DNA of 36,827 nt from Nemertoderma westbladi (taxonomy: Eukaryota > Animalia > Xenacoelomorpha), in contig JAUCBJ010007914.1 of NCBI GenBank assembly GCA_032718475.1, forward strand, positions 1-36,827. The letters run 5' to 3'. How positions within the stretch are numbered: the first letter of the stretch is position 1; every line of letters begins with the position of its first letter. The translations under genes and the position numbers were made by a program. The notes below the pieces were generated by a model. It did not search any database and was not told the origin of the DNA. It worked only from the letters and a program-made list of their open reading frames with translations. Below, one piece after another: positions 20,901-31,619 of the stretch.

Positions 20901-22060
20901 TACAATTGGACCGAGACGATGTAGATCTGAGGTGTCCGCAGTTGGATGTAAACCGCATCACCCTACTGATCGGACTTGATACACCGGAATTACACATACC
21001 TACCGGAGATGTCGCCCGATCCATAAAGAAAGATGACGGCTTTTACGCTGAACGAACCATAATGGGATGGACCCTCTGCGGCATCAAGGAAGAAACTACT
21101 GACACCTATACATATCTTCCTAAATGTCAGATTAAAGAAAATGTAACATCCGTGGGATATTGCTCAGCTACAGACCTCGATGAGGATTTATTTCTCGAAA
21201 CCGAGAGAACCCAGCGGGAGATGACCGGATGCTTTAATGTGGAGACCCGAGAATTTGCCGAGAAGGACGAGAATCCGTCCGAGGAAGATCAATATTGTAC
21301 CAACATTTTTGATCAGGCCACGTTCAAAGACGGACATTGGCGCGTGCCCATGCTTTGGTGGCTAATAAGGTTGTTGATGATAATAATGATGTTGATAACA
21401 TTGACACCATTAATGGGAGAGCACGGACTAATCTGCCGTAATACCCGGATGGCGAACGCCTCAGTTGAGTCCCTCACTCCTAACCACCTACTGGGGAGAC
21501 CCAAAACCCACGTTCTCCCGGAAACCATGTTCCCGGATCCCAACGAGATCGCGAGACATACAAACTGGAAGAAGGCCCAAGCGTTGGCAGCGCATTGGTG
21601 GAGAATCTGGGCCCAGGAGTACCTCATAACCCTCCGGACCAGGAGGAAATGGAACAACACCTACCGGAACGTCGCAGTTGGCGACATGGTACTAGTTAAA
21701 GAAGATCTCAAAGACCGCGTTCACTGGCCTGTGGCGCGGGTCGTGACCATACACCCAAGCAAAGACGGACTTGCGAGGACTGTGACGATACGAACGGCAA
21801 AGGGCCACTACCAACGCCCTATCCAGAGGCTGTGCCTTCTTGAAGGCAATGACAGCGGTGACTCTACGAGAGGTGACAAGTTCCCTACTCAAGATCCTGC
21901 TGCGGACATTGGTGACAATTATAAAAAGGGCCACTACCAACGCCCTATCCAGAGGCTGTGCCTTCTTGAAGGCAATGACAGTGGTGATTCTACGAGAGGT
22001 GATAAGATCCCTACTCAAGATCCTGCTGTGGACATTGGTGACAATTACAAACCCGTGTAA
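17954..22060 (+). CDS. BEL/Pao gag-protease polyprotein fused in frame to the integrase C-terminal region (1368 aa)
   Basis: Coiled-coil repeats; MPKMEIRTFEGDPVDYLRF (DUF1759-type gag); knuckles CLFCGEKHKLEFC, CFRCLGTGHYVRDC and CAVCNDLRHHTLLH; aspartic protease AFLDNGSDGTII; then GHWRVPMLW, LTPNHLLG and W..EYL...VGDMVLV...WPVARV...DGLARTV (DUF5641-type). No YxDD and no integrase HHCC/DDE. Confidence 0.92.
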   Translation: MTTNNVSDTDEMDHHTDSEADEVPNVKNMTRRLGALKGGVTRAYQRMEKQLKGVKTPLNEVQTQLQSIRNILQRYERMIQAYQELVPPTDQENYPKLEEHVVHLDGFRKQHRRTLSLVRGYEEQYYKRAERTDAESVRSSSIRTAVHRKRTGSARNQHSSARSEISGSARSSQGAPPLRDQLRERKALALKARMEDEYIQLQAEQDVLAAETQKREAEQAAKRQAEQREQEAEQHRREDEQHKREDERQAEQRKREDERQAEQRKQEAEQQAEQRKQEAEQRKQEAEQRGREAEREIEQRKWEAEMRKQHAEAQAILIHKKNADIAKLAEYEAALIERDIQLYEDWERDIDQEYEPILVPELEKSFIPTAAKLPKPEIPPTKQSTLLAQAPVFHPPPVTLKNEEPYFPSNPTATSVPKYEPERESERDATPRSNNPFTSTPQTRSRVIIKTPPTIDPSSMGESANNYNPPNHSSSDNIGIIRALENRLSMPKMEIRTFEGDPVDYLRFKKRFFAQIGSTDIADAQKLVYLSQYLGDKPRRIIACFEGGSHEAYYDAWKTLDKRYGNTGTIINKTLEKLIQDAGSLGDPQNLQEFSDSMKDAYYTLKPLNKEDQVNNILNLRQIARKFPGWLQSKWAYKCVDLRHRHPDRDPSFLEMSAFLDDISEAMNDSMFSKQSLAKLDAMESNYQSRAPTPNPRFRPTPVSAMAISMAEDSDDEDYEEPTLAEEWACYLANWAPEREGTTASPICLFCGEKHKLEFCGKFQFAELVPRFEAMMKHRGCFRCLGTGHYVRDCDQTSCCAVCNDLRHHTLLHIPANFDFTTLPFRIEAKRRGETNHVSKGTRITQRRETNPFKISTDKPQVTNISATINLINRRYMVFAKVIPVRIQGVGKSLTTLAFLDNGSDGTIIDRDFLEQLGLEYEPCKRPIQTITDNREVESGEVQLQMEGVMKGYETVKLTIKNALVHTDLRVRFRQSAEYAPLIQLDRDDVDLRCPQLDVNRITLLIGLDTPELHIPTGDVARSIKKDDGFYAERTIMGWTLCGIKEETTDTYTYLPKCQIKENVTSVGYCSATDLDEDLFLETERTQREMTGCFNVETREFAEKDENPSEEDQYCTNIFDQATFKDGHWRVPMLWWLIRLLMIIMMLITLTPLMGEHGLICRNTRMANASVESLTPNHLLGRPKTHVLPETMFPDPNEIARHTNWKKAQALAAHWWRIWAQEYLITLRTRRKWNNTYRNVAVGDMVLVKEDLKDRVHWPVARVVTIHPSKDGLARTVTIRTAKGHYQRPIQRLCLLEGNDSGDSTRGDKFPTQDPAADIGDNYKKGHYQRPIQRLCLLEGNDSGDSTRGDKIPTQDPAVDIGDNYKPV
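18590..18860 (+). repeat. Coding tandem repeats (21/33-bp units, EAEQRKQ/EDERQAEQRKR) giving a charged coiled coil in gag
   Basis: Repeated GAGGCCGAACAACGCAAA and GAGGACGAAC motifs. Confidence 0.85.
21800..22051 (+). repeat. 126-bp tandem duplication (42 aa) at the polyprotein C-terminus
   Basis: KGHYQRPIQRLCLLEGNDSGDSTRGDK.PTQDPA.DIGDNYK occurs twice, starting at 21800 and 21926. Confidence 0.92.
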
Positions 22061-22332
22061 CCCTTCTCATCATGTTGACAAACTCTTTTAAACTGTGATT
22101 TACTGACAATGAGTTATGGACCCCCCTTAAACCAACTGTAACCACGCAATGGTATTTGTGTTTCCTCGTGTGTTATGTGGAGTCCAGCATCACCCTGCAG
22201 ATGTTTCGACTGACGCAGGGTCGTTTATGTATTGTGTACCCTGATTTTGGTCATCGGGACCAACGATATTGGATTATTGGAAATGGAAAAGATTTGAAGT
22301 GGAATTCATTGTATTCATTGCAGTATGTTATG

Positions 22333-22862
22333 TTGTCCGTTGCGTGCGCAGTTCGGGGCGTAGGCGGTGTAACGAGTCCAGCTGTAGATCCCGGATTGCC
22401 GCGCAACACCCCCTCTATCCCGTTATTCTGGTGGGTCCATGGTGCATCCACATGACTTCGACGATAGAGGGTTTTATGTTCTCAGTCGCGTTATTCTGGT
22501 GGGACCGTTACGTGGATTTTGGGGCGTAGGCGGTGTAACGAGTCCAGCTGTAGATCCCAGAATGTTGCGTAACCCCATCCCACATGACTTCGTCGACTGA
22601 GCTTTATGTTGTTGGGAGTGTTATTCTGGTGGGTCCATGGTGCATCCACGTGACTTCACTCCCAGCGTCTTCATTGTCCGTTACGTGAGCAGTTTGTGGC
22701 GTAGGCGGTGTAACGAGTCCAGCTGTAGATCCCGGATTGCCGCGCAACACCCCCTCTATCCCGTTATTCTGGTGGATCCATGGTGCATCCACGTGACTTC
22801 GACGATAGAGGGTTTTATGTTTCTCAGTCGCGTTATTCTGGTGGGACCGTTACGTGGATTTT
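22333..22862 (+). repeat. Complex direct repeats between ORF1 and ORF2 (~188-bp copies at 22333-22520 and 22674-22862, with shuffled sub-blocks between)
   Basis: GGCGTAGGCGGTGTAACGAGTCCAGCTGTAGATCCC x3; GTTATTCTGGTGG x5. Confidence 0.88.
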
Positions 22863-24166
22863 CTACTGGTGTTCTACTCTCCACCCCGAAGCGACAACTC
22901 GAGCCGGGAGCCGCGTATGGACCGGCCGCCAAACGGGTTGCCTCGGCCGAACCAATGAAGAGAGCAGGTGCTTACACCCCACGCGGCTCCGGTAGCCCCG
23001 CGAGGGAGGTAGCCACTACATCTGCATTGAGCGACTTCGGCGACATATGCCAACGGTTATCCCCGTATCCTTTCCCGGGTGGCGAAGATTGGTCGTCGGA
23101 GATTCCGAGTACCAGCCACCAATGGACCCGCTCAGCGATACTGGTCGAGGAGGGCCCCAGCGATGCGCCGACCCCCGACGATCTCCTCGGTATCCCTCCG
23201 TCTAAAACCCCGGCACCTCTTCGCCGACCAGCGGTGGCTACTACACCCGCCGTTCCTCAGGATCCTATGCGACTAACCCGTTGGTACGCCGAGCAAACTG
23301 AATGGATCCACCGCCAGAAACGGTCGTCCGAGTTGAGACCAGCAGGACACAAAGAAGGTTATCGGAGCGAGAACCTACTACGCAACAGCCTAGCATTCCG
23401 CGGGCTACCGACCACCGCGAATATTCCGAAGAGCGACCGACGACTCGAATATTACGTCGGCCTCCCGATTCCGATATTCCCCGGTCGAGAGATGCAATTG
23501 GAGGTTTGCGGCAACTGCGGCTCGGAGCAGTGCCCACGCGGTAGAAGGAATCGGGTTACCGATTCGTGCCTCCAGCTCATCGGGATACTCTATTGCCCAT
23601 ACTGCGCGACATCGGGCCACGACGTTTCCGTCTGCCCGATCCTATATAACCTCTGTACCACGTGCGGTTTCCGTGGACATTCCTCTAGCCCCCGCTGCTA
23701 TATCAAATGTCCAACCAAAGACGTTACCGCTATGGGAAATATGGTCATGTTTGAAACATACGCAAACAGCCACTTAAAGACCAAGGTTCGGAGAAACGCT
23801 CGGAATATCGCGCAGGAGATGGCGTGCGGGTATATCTCCTTCCCGGAACGCCTCCACACGTCGGCCACGCTACCTTTCCATTACGTGGATCTGCTACTGA
23901 GCGCCGGATTATTCGGTCCATTTGAAGTCATTAGACGATTATACTCGTATAAAGAGGAGTTCGGTGACGGAGAGTGGTTCCTAGAGGCACGCAAGTCTGA
24001 GTTGGAAAGACGAACCGACATGATCCCTATGCCATCGAAAGGAAGAGCCGCCAGGAGACAAGCCGAAGCGTTACTCACGATGGATGTTGACGCTCCTCTA
24101 CCAGCTATAGCGATCGATGAGAGTCGACGGGCGAAGAGACGAAAGGCATATCAGAGAAAGAAATAG
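22637..24166 (+). CDS. Accessory ORF2 of the BEL element: Cys-rich zinc-knuckle protein with basic C-terminus (true start possibly 22817 or 22955)
   Basis: 509 open codons between the pol remnant and the PPT. Contains CGNCGSEQC, CPYCATSGHDVSVC (CX2CX4HX4C) and CTTCGFRGHSSSPRC, and ends RRAKRRKAYQRKK. No signal peptide or clear TM helix, so not env-like. Confidence 0.8.
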   Translation: MVHPRDFTPSVFIVRYVSSLWRRRCNESSCRSRIAAQHPLYPVILVDPWCIHVTSTIEGFMFLSRVILVGPLRGFSTGVLLSTPKRQLEPGAAYGPAAKRVASAEPMKRAGAYTPRGSGSPAREVATTSALSDFGDICQRLSPYPFPGGEDWSSEIPSTSHQWTRSAILVEEGPSDAPTPDDLLGIPPSKTPAPLRRPAVATTPAVPQDPMRLTRWYAEQTEWIHRQKRSSELRPAGHKEGYRSENLLRNSLAFRGLPTTANIPKSDRRLEYYVGLPIPIFPGREMQLEVCGNCGSEQCPRGRRNRVTDSCLQLIGILYCPYCATSGHDVSVCPILYNLCTTCGFRGHSSSPRCYIKCPTKDVTAMGNMVMFETYANSHLKTKVRRNARNIAQEMACGYISFPERLHTSATLPFHYVDLLLSAGLFGPFEVIRRLYSYKEEFGDGEWFLEARKSELERRTDMIPMPSKGRAARRQAEALLTMDVDAPLPAIAIDESRRAKRRKAYQRKK

Positions 24167-24332
24167 TGGATCGGGATATTCCAGGAACATTTATCGAACA
24201 TTTATTTTTATACAAACTCTAGGCCAAATTAATTAAAAACTATGCAATATTAAATTTGGGTTTTTTATATTGGGAATGACCTACGCAAACTCAATCGACC
24301 GACAGACTTCACGAAGGTCATTGGGGGGGGAC

Positions 24333-25541
24333 TGTTCGCGGTATTTCAACTTTCCATAACGCGAGTTGAATATTTTTGTATTTATTTAAAATTGATTATT
24401 CCGATATTACTACTGGGTGTGGGACCATGGGTTTTGGGCACATTCAATAAACTGGGGGCGATTTATGGGCGAACTTTGGGGCAACTTACAGGGTACGGGA
24501 ATAATTTCATAGTTATAAGGGCCAGGGGGGGATGGAAAATGCAAGCAGTATTCAGGTTAGCCTGAGTACTATTAGACCCTGGCCAACTTCCTGCTGCCTG
24601 TAGGGGTGGATTTGGTAATGCGCCAGGCCTAAAGGACAAGGACTGCCCTTAGCGGTCCCTGGCCAACAGCAGCCATTACGAGACTGAAAAGAACTCGGAC
24701 CGCTGACTGCTTGTGTCAGGGATTTGCGACGGGAAACGACAGCCCCTTAGTAGCCAAGCCGTTCTGGTTCTCGATGATCGAACCCTTCGGGGTTCGTGAG
24801 GGGTGGAGCGGACACGCGAACGGGTGGCCGACTAACGACTGCCCCCTGAGCTAAGCCGTACTGGTTCTCGATGACCGATCCCTTCGGGGTTCGCGAGGGG
24901 TGGGACGGACATGCGAAAGGGCTGGCCACAGGACGGGTTTGACGAGGACTGCCCTTAGCGGTCTCTGGTCAACGGCAGCTATTACGAGACTGAAAAGAAC
25001 TCGGAACGCTGACTGCTTGTACCGGGGATCTGCGACGGGAACCGACGACAGACCCCTTAGCCAAGCCGTACTGGTTCTCGATGATCGTTCCCTTCGGGGT
25101 TCGTGAGGGGTGGAACGGACACGCGACAGGGTCGACCGACACCGACACTACGGCACTAATACTAGGACCGAGGGAAAATCTGGGGAACATTAGGTAGGCT
25201 AAAATCTGAGCGAACAGTGGGTAATTAAATAATATACCGTAGGGATTTATATTATCGTGTATAATTATTGTGAATATTTGGTGTATATTGATTTGGGGAA
25301 GCCCAAAATTATTCTTAATCAGGTTTCAGGTTTCAATGATGTTGAACAGGTTTCAACTGTAGGAAGTTACATTAAAGAGTATATCCAACTAATGCAGCTT
25401 TTTATCAACCGCAAACTTGCATCTCAGAAAACATTCCTTCTCCACAATCAATATCCGGTTACTGGCCGGGGCTCGGTGGTCTGTAAAGTCACGTCTCCAG
25501 CATCGGCGTTTTTCCCCCCTGGTGTAGGGATAACGGCAACA
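24333..25541 (+). repeat. 3' LTR (1209 bp)
   Basis: TGTTCGCGG...ACGGCAACA, preceded by the PPT and followed by the TSD GGGTG. Confidence 0.95.
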
Positions 25542-25546
25542 GGGTG

Positions 25547-27193
25547 GTATCTTGGCGAATGTAACCTGTACCTATACAGCTGTGTTTATCGTGTGGTATC
25601 TTGGTGAATGTAACCTGTACATACCTATACAGCCGTGTTTATTGGGTGGTATCTTGGTGAATGTAACCTGTACCTACACAGCCGTGTTTATTGGGTGGTA
25701 TCTTGGTGAATGTAACCTGTACCTATACAGCTGTGTTTATCGGGTGGTATCTTGGTGAATGTAACCTCTACGTACCTATACAGCCGTGTTTATTGGGTGG
25801 TATCTTGGTGAATGTAACCTGTACCTATACAGCTGTGTTATCGGGTGGTATCTTGGTGAATGTAACCTGTACGTACCTATACAGCCGTGTTTATTGGGTG
25901 GTATCTTGGTGAATGTAACCTGTACGTACACAGCCGTGTTTATTGGGTGGTATCTTGGTGAATGTAACCTGTACCTACACAGCTGTGTTTATTGGGTGGT
26001 ATCTTGGTGAATGTAACCTGTACCAACACAGCCGTGTTTATCGGGTGATATCTTGGTGAATGTAACCTGTACGTACACAGCCGTGTTTATTGGGTGGTAT
26101 CTTGGTGAATGTAACCTGTACGTACACAGCCGTGTTTATTGGGTGGTATCTTGGTGAATGTAACCTGTACCTATACAGCCGTGTTTATTGGGTGGTATCT
26201 TGGTGAATGTAACCTGTACGTACCTATACAGCCGTGTTTATTGGGTGGTATCTTGGTGAATGTAACCTGTACCTACACAGCCGTGTTTATCGGGTGGTAT
26301 CTTGGTGAATGTAACCTGTACGTACACAGCCGTGTTTATTGGGTGGTATCTTGGTGAATGTAACCTGTACGTACACAGCCGTGGTTATTGGGTGGTATCT
26401 TGGTGAATGTAACCTGTACCTATACAGCCGTGTTTATCGGGTGGTATCTTGGTGAATGTAACCTGTACCTACACAGCCGTGTTTATCGGGTGGTATCTTG
26501 GTGAATGTAACCTGTACGTACCTACACAGCCGTGTTTATTGGGTGGTATCTTGGTGAATGTAACCTGTACCTACACAGCCGTGTTTATTGGGTGGTATCT
26601 TGGTGAATGTAACCTGTACCTATACAGCCGTGTTTATCGGGTGGTATCTTGGTGAATGTAACCTGTACCTACACAGCGGTGTTTATTGGGTGGTATCTTG
26701 GTGAATGTAACCTGTACCTATACAGCCGTGTTTATTGGGTGGTATCTTGGTGATTGTAACCTGTACGTACCTATACAGCCGTGTTTATTGGGTGGTATCT
26801 TGGTGAATGTAACCTGTACGTACACAGCCGTGTTTATTGGGTGGTATCTTGGTGAATGTAACCTGTACGTACACAGCCGTGTTTATTGGGTGGTATCTTG
26901 GTGAATGTAACCTGTACGTACCTACACAGCCGTGTATATTGGGTGGTATCTTGGTGAATGTAACCTGTACGTACCTACACAGCCGTGTTTATTGGGTGGT
27001 ATCTTGGTGAATGTAACCTGTACGTACCTACACAGCCGTGTTTATTGGGTGGTATCTTGGTGAATCTAACCTGTACCTATACAGCCGTGTTTATCGGGTG
27101 GTATCTTGGTGAATGTAACCTGTACCTACACAGCCGTGTTTATCGGGTGGTATCTTGGTGAATGTAACCTGTACCTACACAGCCGTGTTTATT
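25547..27193. repeat. 49/53-bp satellite array, right part (~33 units)
   Basis: Same unit and orientation as 15088-16347, resuming in register after the TSD. Confidence 0.95.
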
Positions 27194-27945
27194 TTAATAT
27201 CGGAATCCAAGATCCTGGGTTGTCGATTCTGGGTATGATTATTTTTTATTTAATTTAAGATTTAACATAAGATGAAGAAAGCACTATTTCTGAACTTTTT
27301 ATTTATTAGCAGAAAGAAGTTAATTAATATTATATTGAATTTCCATAACTTGTTCAATTATTTTTTTTTAGATAAAAGAGTGTGCATTATTTTACTTAGT
27401 GCAGGTAGTATTTTGATTTAGTGCAAGGTAGGCCCTATTATTATATATTTTGGCCTCATGCGACGTGTGATATGAGAATTGAGTAATATCGATAGTAATA
27501 TCGAATATCATGAATCTTATAGGATTTTTAAACTCAACTTTTTATGTCCTCACCGGGTTACTGTACTTTTGTCTCTTGAACTTTTCCACTGTATGGGTGG
27601 ATAGAATCTTTACCGTATACTTAGTCCTACTATAATCATATATATAGGCCAAGATCGAATTAATTATTGCCTAATAGTTATTTGCATAATAAATGCTCGT
27701 TTGATTGTATCATTAAATATCATTTTTCACATAGCGAATTACTTCTATGGCTTCTAAATAATTCACATTCAATCAAGACCAACATTTTCACATATAAGAT
27801 AATATTGTAGAAGTCATTGGGTCAAACGGCCATATATTTTAAATAAATTGTCATATGTGGGGGTTAAAATTTCCGGGTGATAAGCTGATTGATAAACGCA
27901 GATCCCTCAATGAAGTTGTTCTGAGGGAGAATGTTAAAGGGATAG

Positions 27946-28760
27946 GTGGAATTTGTGTCAATACCTAAGAACGGTGACAACAGTCAGACACAGTCAAAAA
28001 ATGGTTAACCATTATAAAGAATGGCCATATACAATGTGAATAATAGTAGATAGCAGTCCTAAAAGTAATTCTGCAAAGTTTCATCTCCGCATATCGCCGG
28101 CAAGTCGTAGGAAAACAGTCAAAAGTCTGGTGACAACACACAAAATGTCCGGACAACACTCTATATCATGAATTCAGTATTCTGCAATACAGCAGTACTG
28201 CGGACTGCTTTCAAGTTAGGCCTACAGTAATCGGTATTGTATATGTAGTTTATGGATTTCTTTCAACCCTTGTCCGTCCTTCCATCTGTTGGTCGATCTG
28301 TCGCGGAAAGTTTGAAGGCTAATAAACATTCACGGCATTATTCGATGGTATTAATTATAGGCCAAGGTTGAAATAGTGATAGGCCTACACGTACCAGAAA
28401 CAGCCGTACGCTAAGCTTGCGAACCAGCGAGTTACATTCAGTATAAAAATAAATGACAGGCCGACTGGTGTCTGGCCTGGCGTATTAAACTATTAATATA
28501 CCTCTCTCTACCTGTATTGCGGAATACTGAATTCATGATTTAGAGTGTTGTCCGGACATTTTGTGTGTTGTCACCAGACGTTTGACTGTTTTCCTACGAC
28601 TTGCCGGTGATATGCGGAGCTGAAACTTGGCAGAATTACTTTTAGGACTGCGATCTACTATTATTCACATTGTTTGCGGCCATTTTTGATAATGGTCAAC
28701 CACCTTTTTCGACAGTGGCTGACTGTTGTCACAGTTTTTAGGTATTGTCGCAAATTCCAC
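27946..28760. mobile_element. MITE/foldback element with ~247-bp imperfect inverted arms (27946-28192, 28512-28760)
   Basis: GTGGAATTTG...GCAATACAG matches the reverse complement of CTGTATTGC...CAAATTCCAC. The left flank TTAA-AGGG suggests Kolobok-type ends, but the right terminus and TSD are not clean. Confidence 0.75.
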
Positions 28761-29058
28761 GTTATTTTATATGTTAAAGGCGGAACCGACGAATGAAAAT
28801 GTCTTTAGGATGACCTTTCCAGAAACCGGTTGAAAATGGGAGTACCTGTGGGTGATTTCCCGAGATACTAAAATATTATGAACGTGAATTTAGCCATCAG
28901 GGATGTTCATATTTGATTACAGTCAAGCCATAATGTTATTGGGTATTGGGTATCCAGGCCACATTAAAGTTGATAGTTTGCAGCTGCATGACTGACTGGT
29001 CCTCTCTGTTGGAACAGCCCAGTAGTGTAAGATCCAGCTTCACTCCTTCACACTACAG

Positions 29059-30750
29059 TTGAGCAACATGTATGAGGCTCTTGCCTCTGAGGCGGTGATC
29101 ACTGCCTTCACAGAAGCAGTTAAGACAGCAGATGCAGAAACAGTTCCTGTATACCCTCGAAACAGGAAACGGGCCCCCTGGACTGACAACAAAATTCAGA
29201 AGTGCCGAAATGACCTCTATAAGGCGCAGAAACAGACTACAGCGGCCGAGAATGCAGTTAAGGTTACATCTAGGTCCCTGAACAGGCAGTACTCTGTTAA
29301 TCTACAGGAGCTAATAAACCAACAGGTTGATGCCATCAATGATGCTGACGACAGCAGGTATTCATCCCAGGCATGGAAATCAATCAACTTGCTTACTGGG
29401 CGGAAAAGCCAACCAACCACCAAGGTGAAGGCAGAATCACCAGACGATCGCCTCAATGGTTGGAAGGACCACTTTGAAAAGCTCCTCAATTGAGACAGGG
29501 TATTGCCTGATAACTTTATGAAGTAAAAGTGTCTGAGTCTGTGCTCCCAGATGTTCCCATTGGCGATATCTCCTTTTCTGAAGTGAAGGCTGCTGTAAAG
29601 AGCATCAAGACCAATCGTGCCAGTGGTGTAGGTGGTTTCCCCCCTGAGGTCTTTAAAATACTTGAGTGTTTGAAACTTATTTATCCCATCATAGTAGACA
29701 TGTACAGAACAGCAAGAGTCCCACAAGAAATGAAAACAAATAAGTTGGTGCCATTTCCCAAGAAGGGCAACCTAACACTCTATGGTTCTTTTCGGGGAAT
29801 CTAATTGATCTCTATTGCTGCACAGCTATACAATAGAATAAATATATTTAATAGCATCAGGGATCTCATTGAGAGACTGCTACGTGGAAATCAGAATGGG
29901 TTCCGTGAAATTCGTGGGATCACAGAGCACATTTTGGCATTTAGAAGGATAATTGAAGAGTTACAAGTTGAAGTGTCAAAAAAGAAAGACAGGCATCTGG
30001 CTGTTATCTTTGTTGACTTCTTCAAGGCATTTGATTCAGTCTCTCGCTCACGTACAGATCAGTATACGATGGTTCGACGAAATTTGTGTCTACTGTTGAT
30101 GGTCATATAGAACCATTCGAAGGGTTATGAGGCGTCCTTCAAGGAGACACACTTGCACCATTCTTATTCATAATTGTGACTATAAAAAAAAACAACTAAA
30201 ACTATAAATTTTCAAATTTTACTATAAAGACTACTTGCCCTTCCATACAGTGGTTGACCATGACGAAATAGCAATATTATCATTTAACACTAATTAACAG
30301 CCATTTTTCAAAAAGGTTCATGGAGGGTATACACCCCCCCCCCACCCTTAAGGTTCGATTATTTATGGCTGTTTTATTAATGGGTTTTTACTGCCGAGGA
30401 TACCAAATCTCTGGATGGCACTTTCACAAGAATGCTGCGCCGGGTTTATTGTGTCAACTACAATGTACACATCACCAATCAAACTCTATACAACATTGGA
30501 GGTGTTCCATTAGTCTCCTCGAGCTTGACACTTGATCGGAACCGCCTCCGCTTTGCAGGACATTGCTTTCGCCTTGAACACCAGCATGAGCACCAGCAGC
30601 ATATGCACCAGCACCAGCATAAGCATGTTGGACAGAACATGAATTTCGTGAGACGTCTCCTAAAGTTCACTGACCTTGAAGATGCGGATAATCTCGTGAA
30701 ATAATGGGGGATAGGGAGTTATGGCGTTACACCTTTGTTGATAAGCCGAC
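29059..30750 (+). pseudogene. Decayed RTE-clade LINE (RT fragments, internal deletion)
   Basis: Motifs VPFPKKGNL, FRGI*LIS, NQNGFR, FVDFFKAFDSV, GVLQGDTLAPFLFII (~30131) and RLRFAGHCFR, with multiple stops and frameshifts. Confidence 0.88.
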
Positions 30751-31619
30751 TTAACATTCTCAATGGGCTTAACCTATTTTAATAAGAGCTATTCGTCCGT
30801 GACCCGTATAAGACTGTATAGATAGGCTTACTCACATCACCTCTAAATCCCGAAAAGGTATTAACTTGGTAAAGTACTAGCAGCGATAGGCTGCGCGAAA
30901 ATCTTATCTCAACCACAGAAGGGCAAGATTTTCAGTGAAAAAAGAGTTTCGTAAGTTGAACACCTTTACAGTAAACGATAGGATTTGTGCTGAGCTTTTT
31001 TACAGCATGGATGTCGGATTTCGGATTCGATCAGAATGAACAATAAAATGAATAGGCCTAAGCCTATATAGCTCAAGACCATTTTGTACCAATAAACCTG
31101 CTACTGTAATTTAATTAACAGGTAGCCTGCAGCTTACAGAATTCTATAGCATTCAATTCGACCAGCAAGTCAAAATGCACCACTGATATATAATTTAAGT
31201 CAGCACATATTATCCTTGAAAAATAATAATTGATTATTAAAGATTATTAGATTGTTATAAAGATTTATGCATTATCTACAATAAAGTTTCCCACTTATTA
31301 CGATTTATCTAAATGACAATAAACATAACCCAATTAAAGATTAAAGGCTGATTACCGCGGGCCATCTGTTTCCTTTCCGGCCTGTTTTATGTTCTATATG
31401 TCCAATAACCTTATATAAATCACACAAATGTATTGAGTAGGCGAATTAATATTATTTAATCTTGAACATATTTGATAGAAAAATCAGTTATTTGGATTGT
31501 CCCGGACAATTCTGATTCGGACAATTCCAGCCCTTTTTGAAGAAATTCATTTTCTTCGTATTCTTAGCCCGTATTGCTTTTTCCGTAAAAATTTGCAATA
31601 TCATTACATATCTCAGTTC

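Larger units (their letters stand above)
16348..25541 (+). mobile_element. BEL/Pao LTR retrotransposon, non-autonomous (RT/RNase H/integrase core absent), recent insertion
   Basis: Two near-identical TG..CA LTRs, 5-bp TSD GGGTG (16343-16347, 25542-25546), PPT GGGGGGGGAC before the 3' LTR, and a BEL-type gag with three Cys/His knuckles. Confidence 0.95.

Noticed and set aside
22637-24166. ORF2 as an envelope gene
   Set aside because: It has no signal peptide and no convincing transmembrane anchor; it has zinc knuckles and a basic tail instead.
15088-27193. CRISPR-like appearance of the 49/53-bp arrays
   Set aside because: There are no unique spacers and no cas genes; the units are head-to-tail satellite repeats in a eukaryotic context.
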